DNA from: an uncultured Planctomycetales bacterium
GTDB lineage: Bacteria > Omnitrophota > Gorgyraeia > Gygaellales > Profunditerraquicolaceae
Direction of reading: 5' to 3'
DNA: 64,000 nucleotides
Assembly (NCBI GenBank): GCA_964467905.1
Contig: CAYXSY010000005.1
Coordinates: forward strand, 9,800 to 73,799
Positions 17,949 through 26,400 of this stretch are shown here, piece by piece. The notes under the pieces were generated by a model that saw only the letters and a program-made list of their open reading frames with translations, was not told where the DNA came from and ran no database searches. The translations under genes were made by a program, and so were the position numbers. Every line of letters starts with the position of its first letter. The first letter of the stretch is position 1.

Positions 17949-19388
17949 ATGAAAAAAATCACGCTGTTAATAATTGTTTTATTATTTTTGTTCGGTTCTG
18001 CCAGCGGCTCCGATATCCCGGAGGCAGGGCTTATAAAGCCAACAGACAGGATTCTTATTATCGCCCCCCATCCTGACGATGAGGCGCTAGGTTGTTCCGG
18101 GGTTATCCAGCGTGCAGTTAGGGCAGGGGCTAAGTTAAGAATAGTATATTTGACTAATGGCGATCATAATGAATTCGCTTTTATAGCTTATAAAAAACGT
18201 ATACCTATATTTAAAAGTGAATTCATAGGCATGGGAGAGATGCGCCGCAGGGAAGCTGTAAGGGCAATGGCCGTTTTAGGACTAAAAGAAGAAAATCTTT
18301 ATTTTCTTGGTTACCCCGATTTCGGGCTTTTTAGTATATTCAGCCAATACTGGCAGACGGATAAGCCGTTTCGCAGTATATTGACCAGGATATCCAGCGT
18401 ACCCTATAAAGATAATTTTTCATTCGGCTCTTCTTATATCGGTGAAAATATACTTCAAGATATTAAGAAAATTATATCTGATTTTAAGCCGAATAGAATC
18501 TTTGTTTCTCATCCTGCGGATGTCAATGGCGATCATAAGGCCGCGTATTTATTTCTTGAGATTGCGTTAGCTGAACTTAAAGATAGTATGGAGCGCCCGC
18601 AAATTAACCTCTACCTTATACATAAAGTAGGCTGGCCACTGCCTCGGCATTATCATCCATATCTGCAGATTTATCCACCACAGGATTTATCGGACTCTGA
18701 TTTAGAATGGAGTCAAATACGCTTAAGCAGCGAGGAGATAAATAAAAAACACCAGGCATTGCTTTGTTATAAGAGCCAAACTAGATCAAGCGCATTTTAT
18801 CTTCTTGCTTTTGCGCGTAATAATGAACTTTTTTCGGTTTATCCGCAGATAGCTATAGGTTTCTTAGGCGACAGTGTTACTCAAACAGAGGCAAGGAGTA
18901 GCTCTTTTATTGATAGCATATCCGCATACTTTAAGTCTTTATTCAGCAGGCCGGTTGAGATTGAAAAGAACAGTTTTACTCTGCGCAGGGCAGGGAATTA
19001 TCTTACTTATTCTGTAAATAAGGACTATTTTACTGTGAGCATCAGTAAGCCGCCGCATATCAAATCAAGATTTTATTCTATGGTTTATCTGTTTGGATAT
19101 AGATATGGAACTGATTTTTCTTCCATGCCTAAAATCCGCCTTGTGATGAAGCCGGATAAGATAGTTATTTTTGACAAAAAGAAGGAGTTATCTCTTTCGG
19201 GCGTGCTATTTAAAAGCGAGAAAGAGGCTTTAACTGTAAGCCTGCCCTGGGCTTTGTTGGATAGCCCGGATTTTATCTTGAGTTTCATGAAGACTTCTGG
19301 TAAAGATATATCCGATAGGAGGGCTTTCCGCAAGATAGACATAGACAGAGCGGCAGCCAAGAAAGGAAGGAATATATGCTGGAACTAA
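17949..19388 (+). CDS. exported PIG-L/LmbE family deacetylase with an uncharacterised ~250-aa C-terminal extension
   Basis: The signal peptide is MKKITLLIIVLLFLFGSASG. The PIG-L motifs APHPDDEALGCSG and HPADVNGDH are present. I do not recognise the C-terminal half. The track TTG at 17931 is an alternative start. Confidence 0.7.
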   Translation: MKKITLLIIVLLFLFGSASGSDIPEAGLIKPTDRILIIAPHPDDEALGCSGVIQRAVRAGAKLRIVYLTNGDHNEFAFIAYKKRIPIFKSEFIGMGEMRRREAVRAMAVLGLKEENLYFLGYPDFGLFSIFSQYWQTDKPFRSILTRISSVPYKDNFSFGSSYIGENILQDIKKIISDFKPNRIFVSHPADVNGDHKAAYLFLEIALAELKDSMERPQINLYLIHKVGWPLPRHYHPYLQIYPPQDLSDSDLEWSQIRLSSEEINKKHQALLCYKSQTRSSAFYLLAFARNNELFSVYPQIAIGFLGDSVTQTEARSSSFIDSISAYFKSLFSRPVEIEKNSFTLRRAGNYLTYSVNKDYFTVSISKPPHIKSRFYSMVYLFGYRYGTDFSSMPKIRLVMKPDKIVIFDKKKELSLSGVLFKSEKEALTVSLPWALLDSPDFILSFMKTSGKDISDRRAFRKIDIDRAAAKKGRNICWN

Positions 19389-19861
19389 AACTTGTTAAGA
19401 TAAATAAGCCTGCTGATGTAAATATAATACTTGGCCAGAGCCATTTTATAAAGACGGTAGAGGACATCTATGAGCTTTTGGTTAATAATGTCCCGGGGAT
19501 AAAATTCGGGATAGCCTTTGTTGAGTCATCAGGGGCCTGCAAGATAAGGTGTGAAGGCAATGACTCTGAATTAACGCATCTTGTTTCAGAGAATATGATG
19601 GCGATAGGCGCAGGGCACAGCTTTCTGGTGTTTATTAAAAATGCCTACCCCATAAACGTTCTCAACGGAATAAAGAATATACCCGAGGTATGTAATATAT
19701 ATTGTGCTTCTGCTAATCCGGCAGAGGTGATAATAGCCCGGAGTGATATGGGCTGTGGTATTTTGGGAGTTATAGACGGCTCTTATCTTAAGGGGCTGGA
19801 AAATGAGGAAGATAAGAAATGGCGGCATGATTTCCTACGCAATATCGGATACAAATTATGA
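19376..19861 (+). CDS. adenosine-specific kinase family (COG1839-like) protein
   Basis: The pattern NIILGQSHFIKTVEDIYELL...FGIAFVESSG...GAGHSFLVFIKNAYPINVLNGIKNIPEV...GILGVIDG...FLRNIGYKL matches my recollection of the Adenosine_kin family. This was not verified by a search. Confidence 0.55.
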   Translation: MLELKLVKINKPADVNIILGQSHFIKTVEDIYELLVNNVPGIKFGIAFVESSGACKIRCEGNDSELTHLVSENMMAIGAGHSFLVFIKNAYPINVLNGIKNIPEVCNIYCASANPAEVIIARSDMGCGILGVIDGSYLKGLENEEDKKWRHDFLRNIGYKL

Positions 19862-19905
19862 TTCGTTTATTTTAAGATATGGTATATCCGATGTAAGAAG
19901 CAGCC

Positions 19906-19933
19906 TTGTATTTAGCGTTATTTCTGTTATAAT
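19906..19933 (+). promoter_or_regulatory. candidate promoter TTGTAT-N16-TATAAT upstream of the acyltransferase gene
   Basis: ttgtat lies at 19906-19911 and tataat at 19928-19933. The ATG at 19949 leaves only a very short leader with no SD. Confidence 0.4.
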
Positions 19934-19948
19934 CTAAAATCAAACCAT

Positions 19949-20863
19949 ATGTTTTCCAAGAAGATAAAACAAAATATTCTTTATTCACTGGGGTTGGTTT
20001 TTTTAAACATTTGCTCTTTTGTAGTAGGAATTATCCCCAGGCGTTATCTGTATAGTTTTGCCAGACAGATATCTTATTTGGCTTATAGATTTAACCGTAA
20101 ACAAAGAGAAATAGCGCTTGAGAGCTTAAGCCTGGCTTTTGGCAAGGAGAAAACAAAAGAAGAGATAGAGAAGATAGCCAGAGATTGTTTTGTTTTTATG
20201 GCCAAGGCGAGTATTGAATTAATGTTTTTGATGGATAGGCCTAAGTTATTGAAGCAGCGTGTTAGTTTTTCGGGTAAAGAGAAGCTTGATTCGGCGTTAA
20301 AAAAAGGTAACGGTGTTATACTGGTAAGTGCGCATTTCGGTAATTTTCCTTTGATGATGGCGCGCCTGAGCCAGGAAGGTTATAAGACGGCCGGTATAAT
20401 GCGGCCGATGCGTGACCCAAAAATAGAAGAGCTTTTTTTAAACAAACGTAACCGTTTAGGAATTATTACTGTGTATGCCCAGCCGCGCAAGGCTTGCGTG
20501 GATAATTCCATACGCGTACTGCGCGATAATGGTTTGTTGTTTGTTCCGATAGACCAGCATTTTGGCACCGGCGGAGTGATGGTAGATTTTTTCGGCAGGA
20601 AAGCTGCTACTGCTACCGGTCCGGTTGTGCTGGCGCAACGGACTAAGAGCGCGATTGTCCCATGTTTTATCGTAAGGCAACCTGATGATTCGCACTTGAT
20701 AATATTTGAAGAGCCTTTGATTTTAGAGGAGGCGGACACCTCCGAGGCTACTATTGTAAAGAATATCCAGAAGTTAACCGGCATTATTGAAACTTACATC
20801 CGCAGATACCCCGCGGAATGGGGTTGGGTTCACCGTCGCTGGAAAAGCGAGATGAAAAAATAG
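19949..20863 (+). CDS. LpxL/HtrB-type lysophospholipid (lipid A late) acyltransferase
   Basis: It has an N-terminal anchor and an H-x4-D/N-like motif (SAHFGNFP). The C-terminal YPAEWGWVHRRWK is typical of lauroyl or myristoyl acyltransferases. Confidence 0.7.
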   Translation: MFSKKIKQNILYSLGLVFLNICSFVVGIIPRRYLYSFARQISYLAYRFNRKQREIALESLSLAFGKEKTKEEIEKIARDCFVFMAKASIELMFLMDRPKLLKQRVSFSGKEKLDSALKKGNGVILVSAHFGNFPLMMARLSQEGYKTAGIMRPMRDPKIEELFLNKRNRLGIITVYAQPRKACVDNSIRVLRDNGLLFVPIDQHFGTGGVMVDFFGRKAATATGPVVLAQRTKSAIVPCFIVRQPDDSHLIIFEEPLILEEADTSEATIVKNIQKLTGIIETYIRRYPAEWGWVHRRWKSEMKK

Positions 20864-20884
20864 CAGGCTAAAAGGAGCCCTATA

Positions 20885-21049
20885 ATGTTTAAGGTTTTAT
20901 TCAAGTTAATATTAGGCCTGGTATTTCTTTCTGCCGGCATCTTGGCGCTTTTAAAATGGAGAGATGCCTTCTGGACTCTTTTTACTGCAAGCTTAGGTTT
21001 GATTTTGATTTTAATAGGAGTGCTTATTTTATCAGTTAGTAAAGATTAA
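20885..21049 (+). CDS. small hydrophobic protein (54 aa, two predicted TM helices), below the ORF-track cutoff
   Basis: ATG at 20885, TAA at 21047-21049. The sequence is MFKVLFKLILGLVFLSAGILALLKWRDAFWTLFTASLGLILILIGVLILSVSKD. It fills an otherwise empty 210-nt gap. Confidence 0.4.
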   Translation: MFKVLFKLILGLVFLSAGILALLKWRDAFWTLFTASLGLILILIGVLILSVSKD

Positions 21050-21075
21050 CCGGGACAAAAATTTAGGAGGCTCGT

Positions 21076-21648
21076 ATGTCAGAATTGGTTTTAAAAAGAG
21101 AAGTCGTAGCAGATAAAACAACCTGCCGTGTAATAGCCGTATTGTTTTTTATAATTATGACTGCTTTGGGCTCTTTTGTGCGCATACCGCTTTTCTTCAC
21201 CCCTGTTCCGCTTACCCTGCAGACTTTCTTTGTGCTTCTTGCAGGAGCTTTCTTAGGCAGGAACTTAGGAGTTTTATCGCAATTAGGCTATATACTTATC
21301 GGGGTCATCGGTCTTCCTGTTTTCAGCGGAGCCCAGGCGGGGTTACTTTATCTGTTCGGCCCCACAGGCGGGTATTTATTCGGATTTCTGGTAGCAGCTA
21401 TTTTTATAGGCCAGTTTATTCATTTATTCGCCAAGAGTATCTTTTCAGTATTCTGTTTGTTATTTGCAGCCGATTTGATTATTTTATTCTGCGGAGCAGT
21501 ATATCTGGCATTCCTTACTAAATTAAGTTTTGCCCAGGCAGTATCCTTAGGGGTTGCTCCTTTTATTGCCGGAGATTTATTAAAGGCTTCAGCTGCAGCA
21601 GGAATATTTTGGAAATTTAAGAACAGAGCAAAAGAAATACTAGATTAA
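21076..21648 (+). CDS. bioY: biotin transporter BioY
   Basis: BioY-like segments are present (PLTLQTFFVLLAGAFLG, GPTGGYLFGFLVAA, PFIAGDLLKA). An RBS (taggagg) precedes the start. Confidence 0.85.
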   Translation: MSELVLKREVVADKTTCRVIAVLFFIIMTALGSFVRIPLFFTPVPLTLQTFFVLLAGAFLGRNLGVLSQLGYILIGVIGLPVFSGAQAGLLYLFGPTGGYLFGFLVAAIFIGQFIHLFAKSIFSVFCLLFAADLIILFCGAVYLAFLTKLSFAQAVSLGVAPFIAGDLLKASAAAGIFWKFKNRAKEILD

Positions 21649-21698
21649 TTTTTTTTAATCCTTCTTTCTCAAGCATCTTATAACAAAAGGAGCTTAAA

Positions 21699-22148
21699 AT
21701 GAAGGTAAAAGATATCATGACAAGTCAGGTAAAAAGTTTTTCTCCTGACTCCAGCGCCAAGGAAGCTTTGGATGTATTAAGAGAGACAGAAATAAGCGGC
21801 CTCCCGGTTATAGATGAACAGGGTAAGCTTGTCGGCATGCTTACAGAGAAAGAAATCTTAGCTTATCTTTTGCCCAGTTATATCGATAAGGTCGGTAGTT
21901 TTGTATATGAAGATAATCCGAAAGCAGTAAAAAAGAAGGCTGCGCTTTTGAGTGGGGTGAAGGTGAGCCAGGTTATGCGCAAGGAAGTGCTTACCATTAA
22001 TGAGGATGCGGCTTTATGCGAGGTAGCTCGTACTATGCTTACTCAAAAAGCCCGGCGCCTTCCTGTTGTAGATAAAAACGGCAGAGTTGTGGGGATTATT
22101 GCCCGCTGCGATATCTTAAAGGCGATAACAAGCGAAATCCAGGATTAA
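21699..22148 (+). CDS. CBS domain pair protein
   Basis: Two CBS motifs are present (GLPVIDEQGKLVGMLTEKEIL and RLPVVDKNGRVVGIIARCDILKAI). Confidence 0.85.
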   Translation: MKVKDIMTSQVKSFSPDSSAKEALDVLRETEISGLPVIDEQGKLVGMLTEKEILAYLLPSYIDKVGSFVYEDNPKAVKKKAALLSGVKVSQVMRKEVLTINEDAALCEVARTMLTQKARRLPVVDKNGRVVGIIARCDILKAITSEIQD

Positions 22149-22202
22149 TTCTTTTTATTATCCATGGTTTATCCCGTTTGATTATGAGTATTAAGGGGGT
22201 GT

Positions 22203-23594
22203 TTGGATAATTTGTTTAAGAAGCTGCTGGTACTTATTGCTGTATCATCCGGTATCGGATTGCTATCTACAAAGATAGGGCTTAATTCTCAACAGGCAAT
22301 CTCCATATCCATATTTTTTGTTTCTATATTAGGAACTTTGCTTTTCTGGAGTTTCAGGCTCACCTTTGTTTTTCTCGGCACCTCAATCCTCCTCCTTACA
22401 AAAACTATAGACTTAGAAAGTGTAATCAAATTTTCTTCCATGGAAGTCATACTTTTCCTTGTGGGTATGATGGTTTTAGTCGGCCTACTCAAGGACGCGG
22501 GTTTTTTTGCCTGGATTGTCAGTCTTATACTAAGAGCTAAAAATCTAAACGCCACCAAATTCCTTTTATTTATTTCTTTTATTTCCGCTTTGCTCTCATG
22601 CGCGATAGATGAGGTTACCTCTATTATATTTATTGTAGCTGCTATATTTGAAATCTGCGATTATTTTGAAGTTGACCCTGTGCCGTTTTTAATCATATCT
22701 ATTCTGGCAACTAATATCGGCTCAAGCGGAACAGTTCTTGGTAACCCGATAGGTATACTTATCGCGACTAAATCAGGGCTGACTTTCGAGGATTTCATTA
22801 CTAAGGCTTTCCCGGTGATGTTAGTTTGTCTTTTGGCAACTATATTAATCGTAAGATTCTGGTATAGGAAGCAGTTGTCTGAACTCGATCATAAAATGAA
22901 AGAATTAGGCGCCAATGATATGTTGATCAAGCTTATTTCCGTGCCGCCGGAACGCGAGTTAAGGATCGGCTTGATTATTTTCGGCTGTACACTTTTCTCA
23001 ATAGCGCTACATCATCGTCTTGAGCTTTTGTTGGGACTGAAAGAAAATACCGTGTTATTGATAATCCCGCTTTTGGCCAGCGGAGGAGTTATGGCCTGGA
23101 AGTGGAAAAAGGCCAGGGAATTTATTGAAAAAGACGTAGAATGGTGGACGCTTTTATTCTTTCTTCTTCTTTTTGCGCAGGCAGGGACCCTTAAATATAC
23201 TGGCGCTACTGATGTCTTGGCAGAGCATCTTGCGCGCATAGCAAGCCACAACCTATCTACGCTTATAGGTATGATTCTTTGGATTGCTACCATAGGTTCC
23301 AGTCTTCTTGATAACGTGGTGTTGGTTGCAGCCTTGATACCGATTGTACAAAGTTTTCAGTCTCTGAATATCAGCCTGCAGCCTTTATGGTGGGCCCTGC
23401 TTTTCGGAGGGTGTTTCGGAGGCAATATTACTTTAGTGGGCTCAACCGCTAATATCGTTGCTTTGGGTATTTTGGAAAAAGAGCGTAATATACACGTAAA
23501 TTTCTTTGCTTGGTTTAAGATAGGGATAGTAGTAGGCCTTATTACCACATTGGTTGTGTGGGCAGTGCTTGTTTTTGTCCCGTATTATCATTAG
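22203..23594 (+). CDS. ArsB/NhaD (SLC13-like) family anion/ion permease
   Basis: A polytopic 463-aa protein with the family-like segments ATNIGSSGTVLGNPIGILIA and GGNITLVGSTANIVALG. It is a paralogue of 32731..33999. It uses a TTG start. Confidence 0.7.
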   Translation: MDNLFKKLLVLIAVSSGIGLLSTKIGLNSQQAISISIFFVSILGTLLFWSFRLTFVFLGTSILLLTKTIDLESVIKFSSMEVILFLVGMMVLVGLLKDAGFFAWIVSLILRAKNLNATKFLLFISFISALLSCAIDEVTSIIFIVAAIFEICDYFEVDPVPFLIISILATNIGSSGTVLGNPIGILIATKSGLTFEDFITKAFPVMLVCLLATILIVRFWYRKQLSELDHKMKELGANDMLIKLISVPPERELRIGLIIFGCTLFSIALHHRLELLLGLKENTVLLIIPLLASGGVMAWKWKKAREFIEKDVEWWTLLFFLLLFAQAGTLKYTGATDVLAEHLARIASHNLSTLIGMILWIATIGSSLLDNVVLVAALIPIVQSFQSLNISLQPLWWALLFGGCFGGNITLVGSTANIVALGILEKERNIHVNFFAWFKIGIVVGLITTLVVWAVLVFVPYYH

Positions 23595-23611
23595 GGCTGT
23601 AAAGACTCGTA

Positions 23612-23640
23612 TTGACATTTATCTTGATAAGTGTTAGATT
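23612..23640 (+). promoter_or_regulatory. sigma70-type promoter TTGACA-N17-TAGATT
   Basis: ttgaca lies at 23612-23617 and tagatt at 23635-23640. A strong RBS (aggagg) and the ATG at 23669 follow. Confidence 0.55.
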
Positions 23641-23668
23641 ATAGCGATTCTTTATTAGGAGGTGTTCT

Positions 23669-24115
23669 ATGAGGAAGATAGGTATTATTGCGTTATTGGT
23701 AGGGTTGATCATGTTTTTTTGCAACGCTTTTGCCTTTTCTCAGGAAACTAGTGCGCCTGCTCAGGAGTACCCTCAGCTTGAATGGCTTTGGGGCGAAGTT
23801 GTTTCAGTTGACCTTGGGAGCAATAAAGTTACCATTAAATATCCTGATTATGAAACAGAGCAGGATAAAGAAATTACTCTTTCGGTAGACGAAAAAACTC
23901 AATATAATAACGTATCTTCCCTGGCTGATATTAAACCGCAGGATACATTGAGTATAGATTACCGGGTTACTGTTACAGGAGATAGTGTTGCCGAAAATAT
24001 CAGCTTAGATAAGCCTGATGAAAATTCCCAGGATGATACAGATAGCATCTCGCCGGATGACATGCAACAGCAGGAGCAACAGGAAGCGGTTTCGCCTGAA
24101 GAATCCAGCCAGTAG
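23669..24115 (+). CDS. secreted hypothetical protein with an acidic, Q/E/D-rich C-terminus
   Basis: It has a signal peptide (MRKIGIIALLVGLIMFFCNAFAFSQE), its own promoter, an RBS and a terminator. I recognise no family. Confidence 0.5.
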   Translation: MRKIGIIALLVGLIMFFCNAFAFSQETSAPAQEYPQLEWLWGEVVSVDLGSNKVTIKYPDYETEQDKEITLSVDEKTQYNNVSSLADIKPQDTLSIDYRVTVTGDSVAENISLDKPDENSQDDTDSISPDDMQQQEQQEAVSPEESSQ

Positions 24116-24141
24116 GCATCAGAGGTAGACTATAATTATTT

Positions 24142-24172
24142 AGGCAGGGTTAAAAGCCCTGCCTTATTTTTA
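24142..24172 (+). terminator. intrinsic terminator
   Basis: The stem aggcaggg (24142-24149) pairs with ccctgcct (24157-24164) around the loop ttaaaag, followed by tatttttatt. Confidence 0.7.
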
Positions 24173-24174
24173 TT

Positions 24175-24831
24175 ATGAAGAAGAGAAAGCTCATTATATT
24201 TGATTTAGATGGGACTTTGGTGGATGCTTATCCGGCAATCATCGGAAGCTTTAATTACGTCATGCGGCAGTTGGGTTTGAGAAAACATAGTGACGCCGTC
24301 ATCAGAAAGGCTGTAGGCTGGGGCGATAAAAATCTTCTGCAACCGTTTGTTCCCGCGGGCATGCTTGACCGCGCCCTGATGTTATACCGTAACCATCATT
24401 CTAAGGCCATATTCAGCGGCTCCAGGCTTTTTACTGCCACCTTAACTTTATTGAAGTTGCTTAAAAAGAGAGGCTGTGCGTTGGCCATAGCCAGTAACCG
24501 TCCGACAAAGTTTACTGTATCTTTGCTTAAGCACCTTAGGCTGGAGAAATATTTTGATTATGTACTTTGCGCGGATAAATTAAGGCAAGGTAAGCCGCAT
24601 CCGGAAATTATATTTAAGATTATGAAAAAGCTTAAGATAGGCGCCAGCGATACTATTTATGTGGGGGATATGACAATAGACGCTCAGGCGGGCAGATGTG
24701 CAGGGGTACGCACATTTATTGTTACTACCGGCTCAAGCTCAAGGAAACAGATAGAAATGCAGAAACCCGATATGATTTTTAAGAATTTGCAGGGCCTAAT
24801 CTCTGTTTTAAAGAAGGGTGTTTTGTCTTGA
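24175..24831 (+). CDS. HAD-superfamily hydrolase (phosphoglycolate phosphatase-like)
   Basis: Motif I is IIFDLDGTLVD, motif II is AIASNR, and motif III/IV is K...YVGDMTIDAQAG. Confidence 0.8.
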   Translation: MKKRKLIIFDLDGTLVDAYPAIIGSFNYVMRQLGLRKHSDAVIRKAVGWGDKNLLQPFVPAGMLDRALMLYRNHHSKAIFSGSRLFTATLTLLKLLKKRGCALAIASNRPTKFTVSLLKHLRLEKYFDYVLCADKLRQGKPHPEIIFKIMKKLKIGASDTIYVGDMTIDAQAGRCAGVRTFIVTTGSSSRKQIEMQKPDMIFKNLQGLISVLKKGVLS

Positions 24832-24856
24832 CAGTAGCTTTGTTTGGTAATATATT
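24828..24856 (+). promoter_or_regulatory. sigma70-type promoter TTGACA-N17-TATATT (overlaps the HAD stop codon)
   Basis: ttgaca lies at 24828-24833 and tatatt at 24851-24856, upstream of the lipoprotein pair. Confidence 0.55.
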
Positions 24857-24910
24857 AATTTAATCTGCCGGCTTCCAAATCCGCAGTTTACCGTCTAAAT
24901 GGAGGATAAG

Positions 24911-25489
24911 ATGAGAAAAATCACGTTTATCATGGCAACATTGGTGGCTGCTGTAGTAGCTTTTGGCTGCGCTGCCGAGCAAAAGGCGCCGGCTAAACCA
25001 AAAGTTATTCTACTTATATCCGAACAAAATATAGAAGGTCCCCAGCGTGCCTGGTGGGCAAGTGAAATAGACTTATCTACCACGGAAGCTAAATTGGCAA
25101 CCAAGCTTATAGATGGCGGTTATGAGGTTCTTGAACCTTCGAATTTGAATAGAATTATCAATCAGGATAAAGCGTTTCGCTTGGTGAATTTCTCGGATGA
25201 TAAGGCAGTGAAGCTGGGAAACTTATCTAAAGCCAATTACGTGATTTTAGGCAAGGCTATTGCTTCCAGCGGAGGCAATGTCCCGCAGTCTAATATGCGC
25301 TCATGTTTTGCAAATATATCTGCTAAGGTAATTAATGTAAAAGACGGTAAGGTATTGGCTTATCTGGATGCTTCAGGAAGTTCTGCACATATGGATGTTA
25401 TAACCGGAGGCAGGGAGGCGCTTTCTGCTGCCGGAGATGATCTTGCATTGAAAGTTCTGGATGTTTTAAATAAGCAGGGAGGGAAATGA
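24911..25489 (+). CDS. lipoprotein of unknown function, partner of the CsgG-like gene
   Basis: A GGAGG at 24901-24905 serves the ATG at 24911. A lipobox is present (VVAFGC). The alpha/beta pattern is loosely reminiscent of the CsgG/LpoB/FlgT-N fold. I recognise no confident family. Confidence 0.45.
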   Translation: MRKITFIMATLVAAVVAFGCAAEQKAPAKPKVILLISEQNIEGPQRAWWASEIDLSTTEAKLATKLIDGGYEVLEPSNLNRIINQDKAFRLVNFSDDKAVKLGNLSKANYVILGKAIASSGGNVPQSNMRSCFANISAKVINVKDGKVLAYLDASGSSAHMDVITGGREALSAAGDDLALKVLDVLNKQGGK

Positions 25490-25490
25490 T

Positions 25491-26231
25491 ATGAAGAAGT
25501 TTCTTTTAGGGTTTTGTATTTTGATGTTATTTATCGGCCTTACCGGTTGTGAGACGATGTCTCAGCCTACGGCCCAGGTGGATAATAATGCTGGTGTGGC
25601 GCCTCTGCCGCCTTATTCCGGGCCAAAGGCGCGTGTGGCAGTTGCTGATTTTGATGTTAAGGCTGCTAAGGCTCACGGAGAAATAGGCACGGGTTTAAGA
25701 GAGATGTTGGTTACAGCCCTTATTAATAGTAATCGTTTTTCGGTTCTTGAGCGTCAGGCATTAAGCGCGGTTATGCAGGAGCAGGAGTTATCTGCCTCCG
25801 GTGCAGCCCAGACCGGCGCAGGTGGCCCGCAGAGAGGTAAGATTAAAACAGCCGATTTAATTATTACCGCAGCTGTCACTGAATTTGAGCCTCAGGCTTC
25901 AGGCGGAGCAGGTGGTATCGGCGGAGGAGGCAGTGTCGGCAGCGGAGTCTTAGGCGGGCTTCTCGGGGCGACGATGAACAAATCCCATATGGCGCTTGAT
26001 ATCAGGATTATAGATTCTTCTACTTCAGAAGTTTTAGCTGCTACCCGCGTGCAGGGGCAGGCTTCGGATGTAAGTGGCGCTATCATGGCGGGATTCTTGG
26101 GAAGTTGGGGTTTAGGCGCAGGATTATCCGGATATGCTAATACTCCGATGGAGAAAGCAATACGAGTTTGTATAATTGAGGCTGTTAGATATATAGCGCA
26201 GACTGTGCCGCCGACTTATTATAAATATTAA
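25491..26231 (+). CDS. CsgG-family lipoprotein (curli-type secretion channel homologue) with a Gly-rich insertion
   Basis: A lipobox is present (IGLTGC). The CsgG-like core reads ARVAVADFDVKA...GTGLREMLVTALINSNRFSVLERQALSAVMQEQEL. An insertion reads GGAGGIGGGGSVGSGVLGGLLG. Confidence 0.65.
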   Translation: MKKFLLGFCILMLFIGLTGCETMSQPTAQVDNNAGVAPLPPYSGPKARVAVADFDVKAAKAHGEIGTGLREMLVTALINSNRFSVLERQALSAVMQEQELSASGAAQTGAGGPQRGKIKTADLIITAAVTEFEPQASGGAGGIGGGGSVGSGVLGGLLGATMNKSHMALDIRIIDSSTSEVLAATRVQGQASDVSGAIMAGFLGSWGLGAGLSGYANTPMEKAIRVCIIEAVRYIAQTVPPTYYKY

Positions 26232-26261
26232 ATATATATTAACTAATATAAGGAAAAAATA

Positions 26262-26342
26262 ATGGGTAAACGTAAAAGAAGAGGGAAGCTTAACTGGCGT
26301 TCCAAAAAAGCTAATAAAGGCAGAAAGCCTTGTTTAGGCTAA
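26262..26342 (+). CDS. 26-aa highly basic peptide (possible Thx-like small ribosomal protein), not in the ORF track
   Basis: The sequence is MGKRKRRGKLNWRSKKANKGRKPCLG. It sits in a 120-nt gap and is preceded by aaggaaaaaataATG. Length, basicity and the RRGK core resemble my recollection of bacterial Thx. Confidence 0.35.
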   Translation: MGKRKRRGKLNWRSKKANKGRKPCLG

Positions 26343-26400
26343 TGATATAGTTTTGCCGGCAGATAAAATTATCCGGCTCCGGAGATTTGGGTGCGTTGTT

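Noticed and set aside
20380-20784. 134-aa and 79-aa minus-strand ORFs within the LpxL-type acyltransferase gene
   Set aside because: They overlap entirely with a plus-strand gene that has recognisable family motifs. They have no RBS and no recognisable domain.
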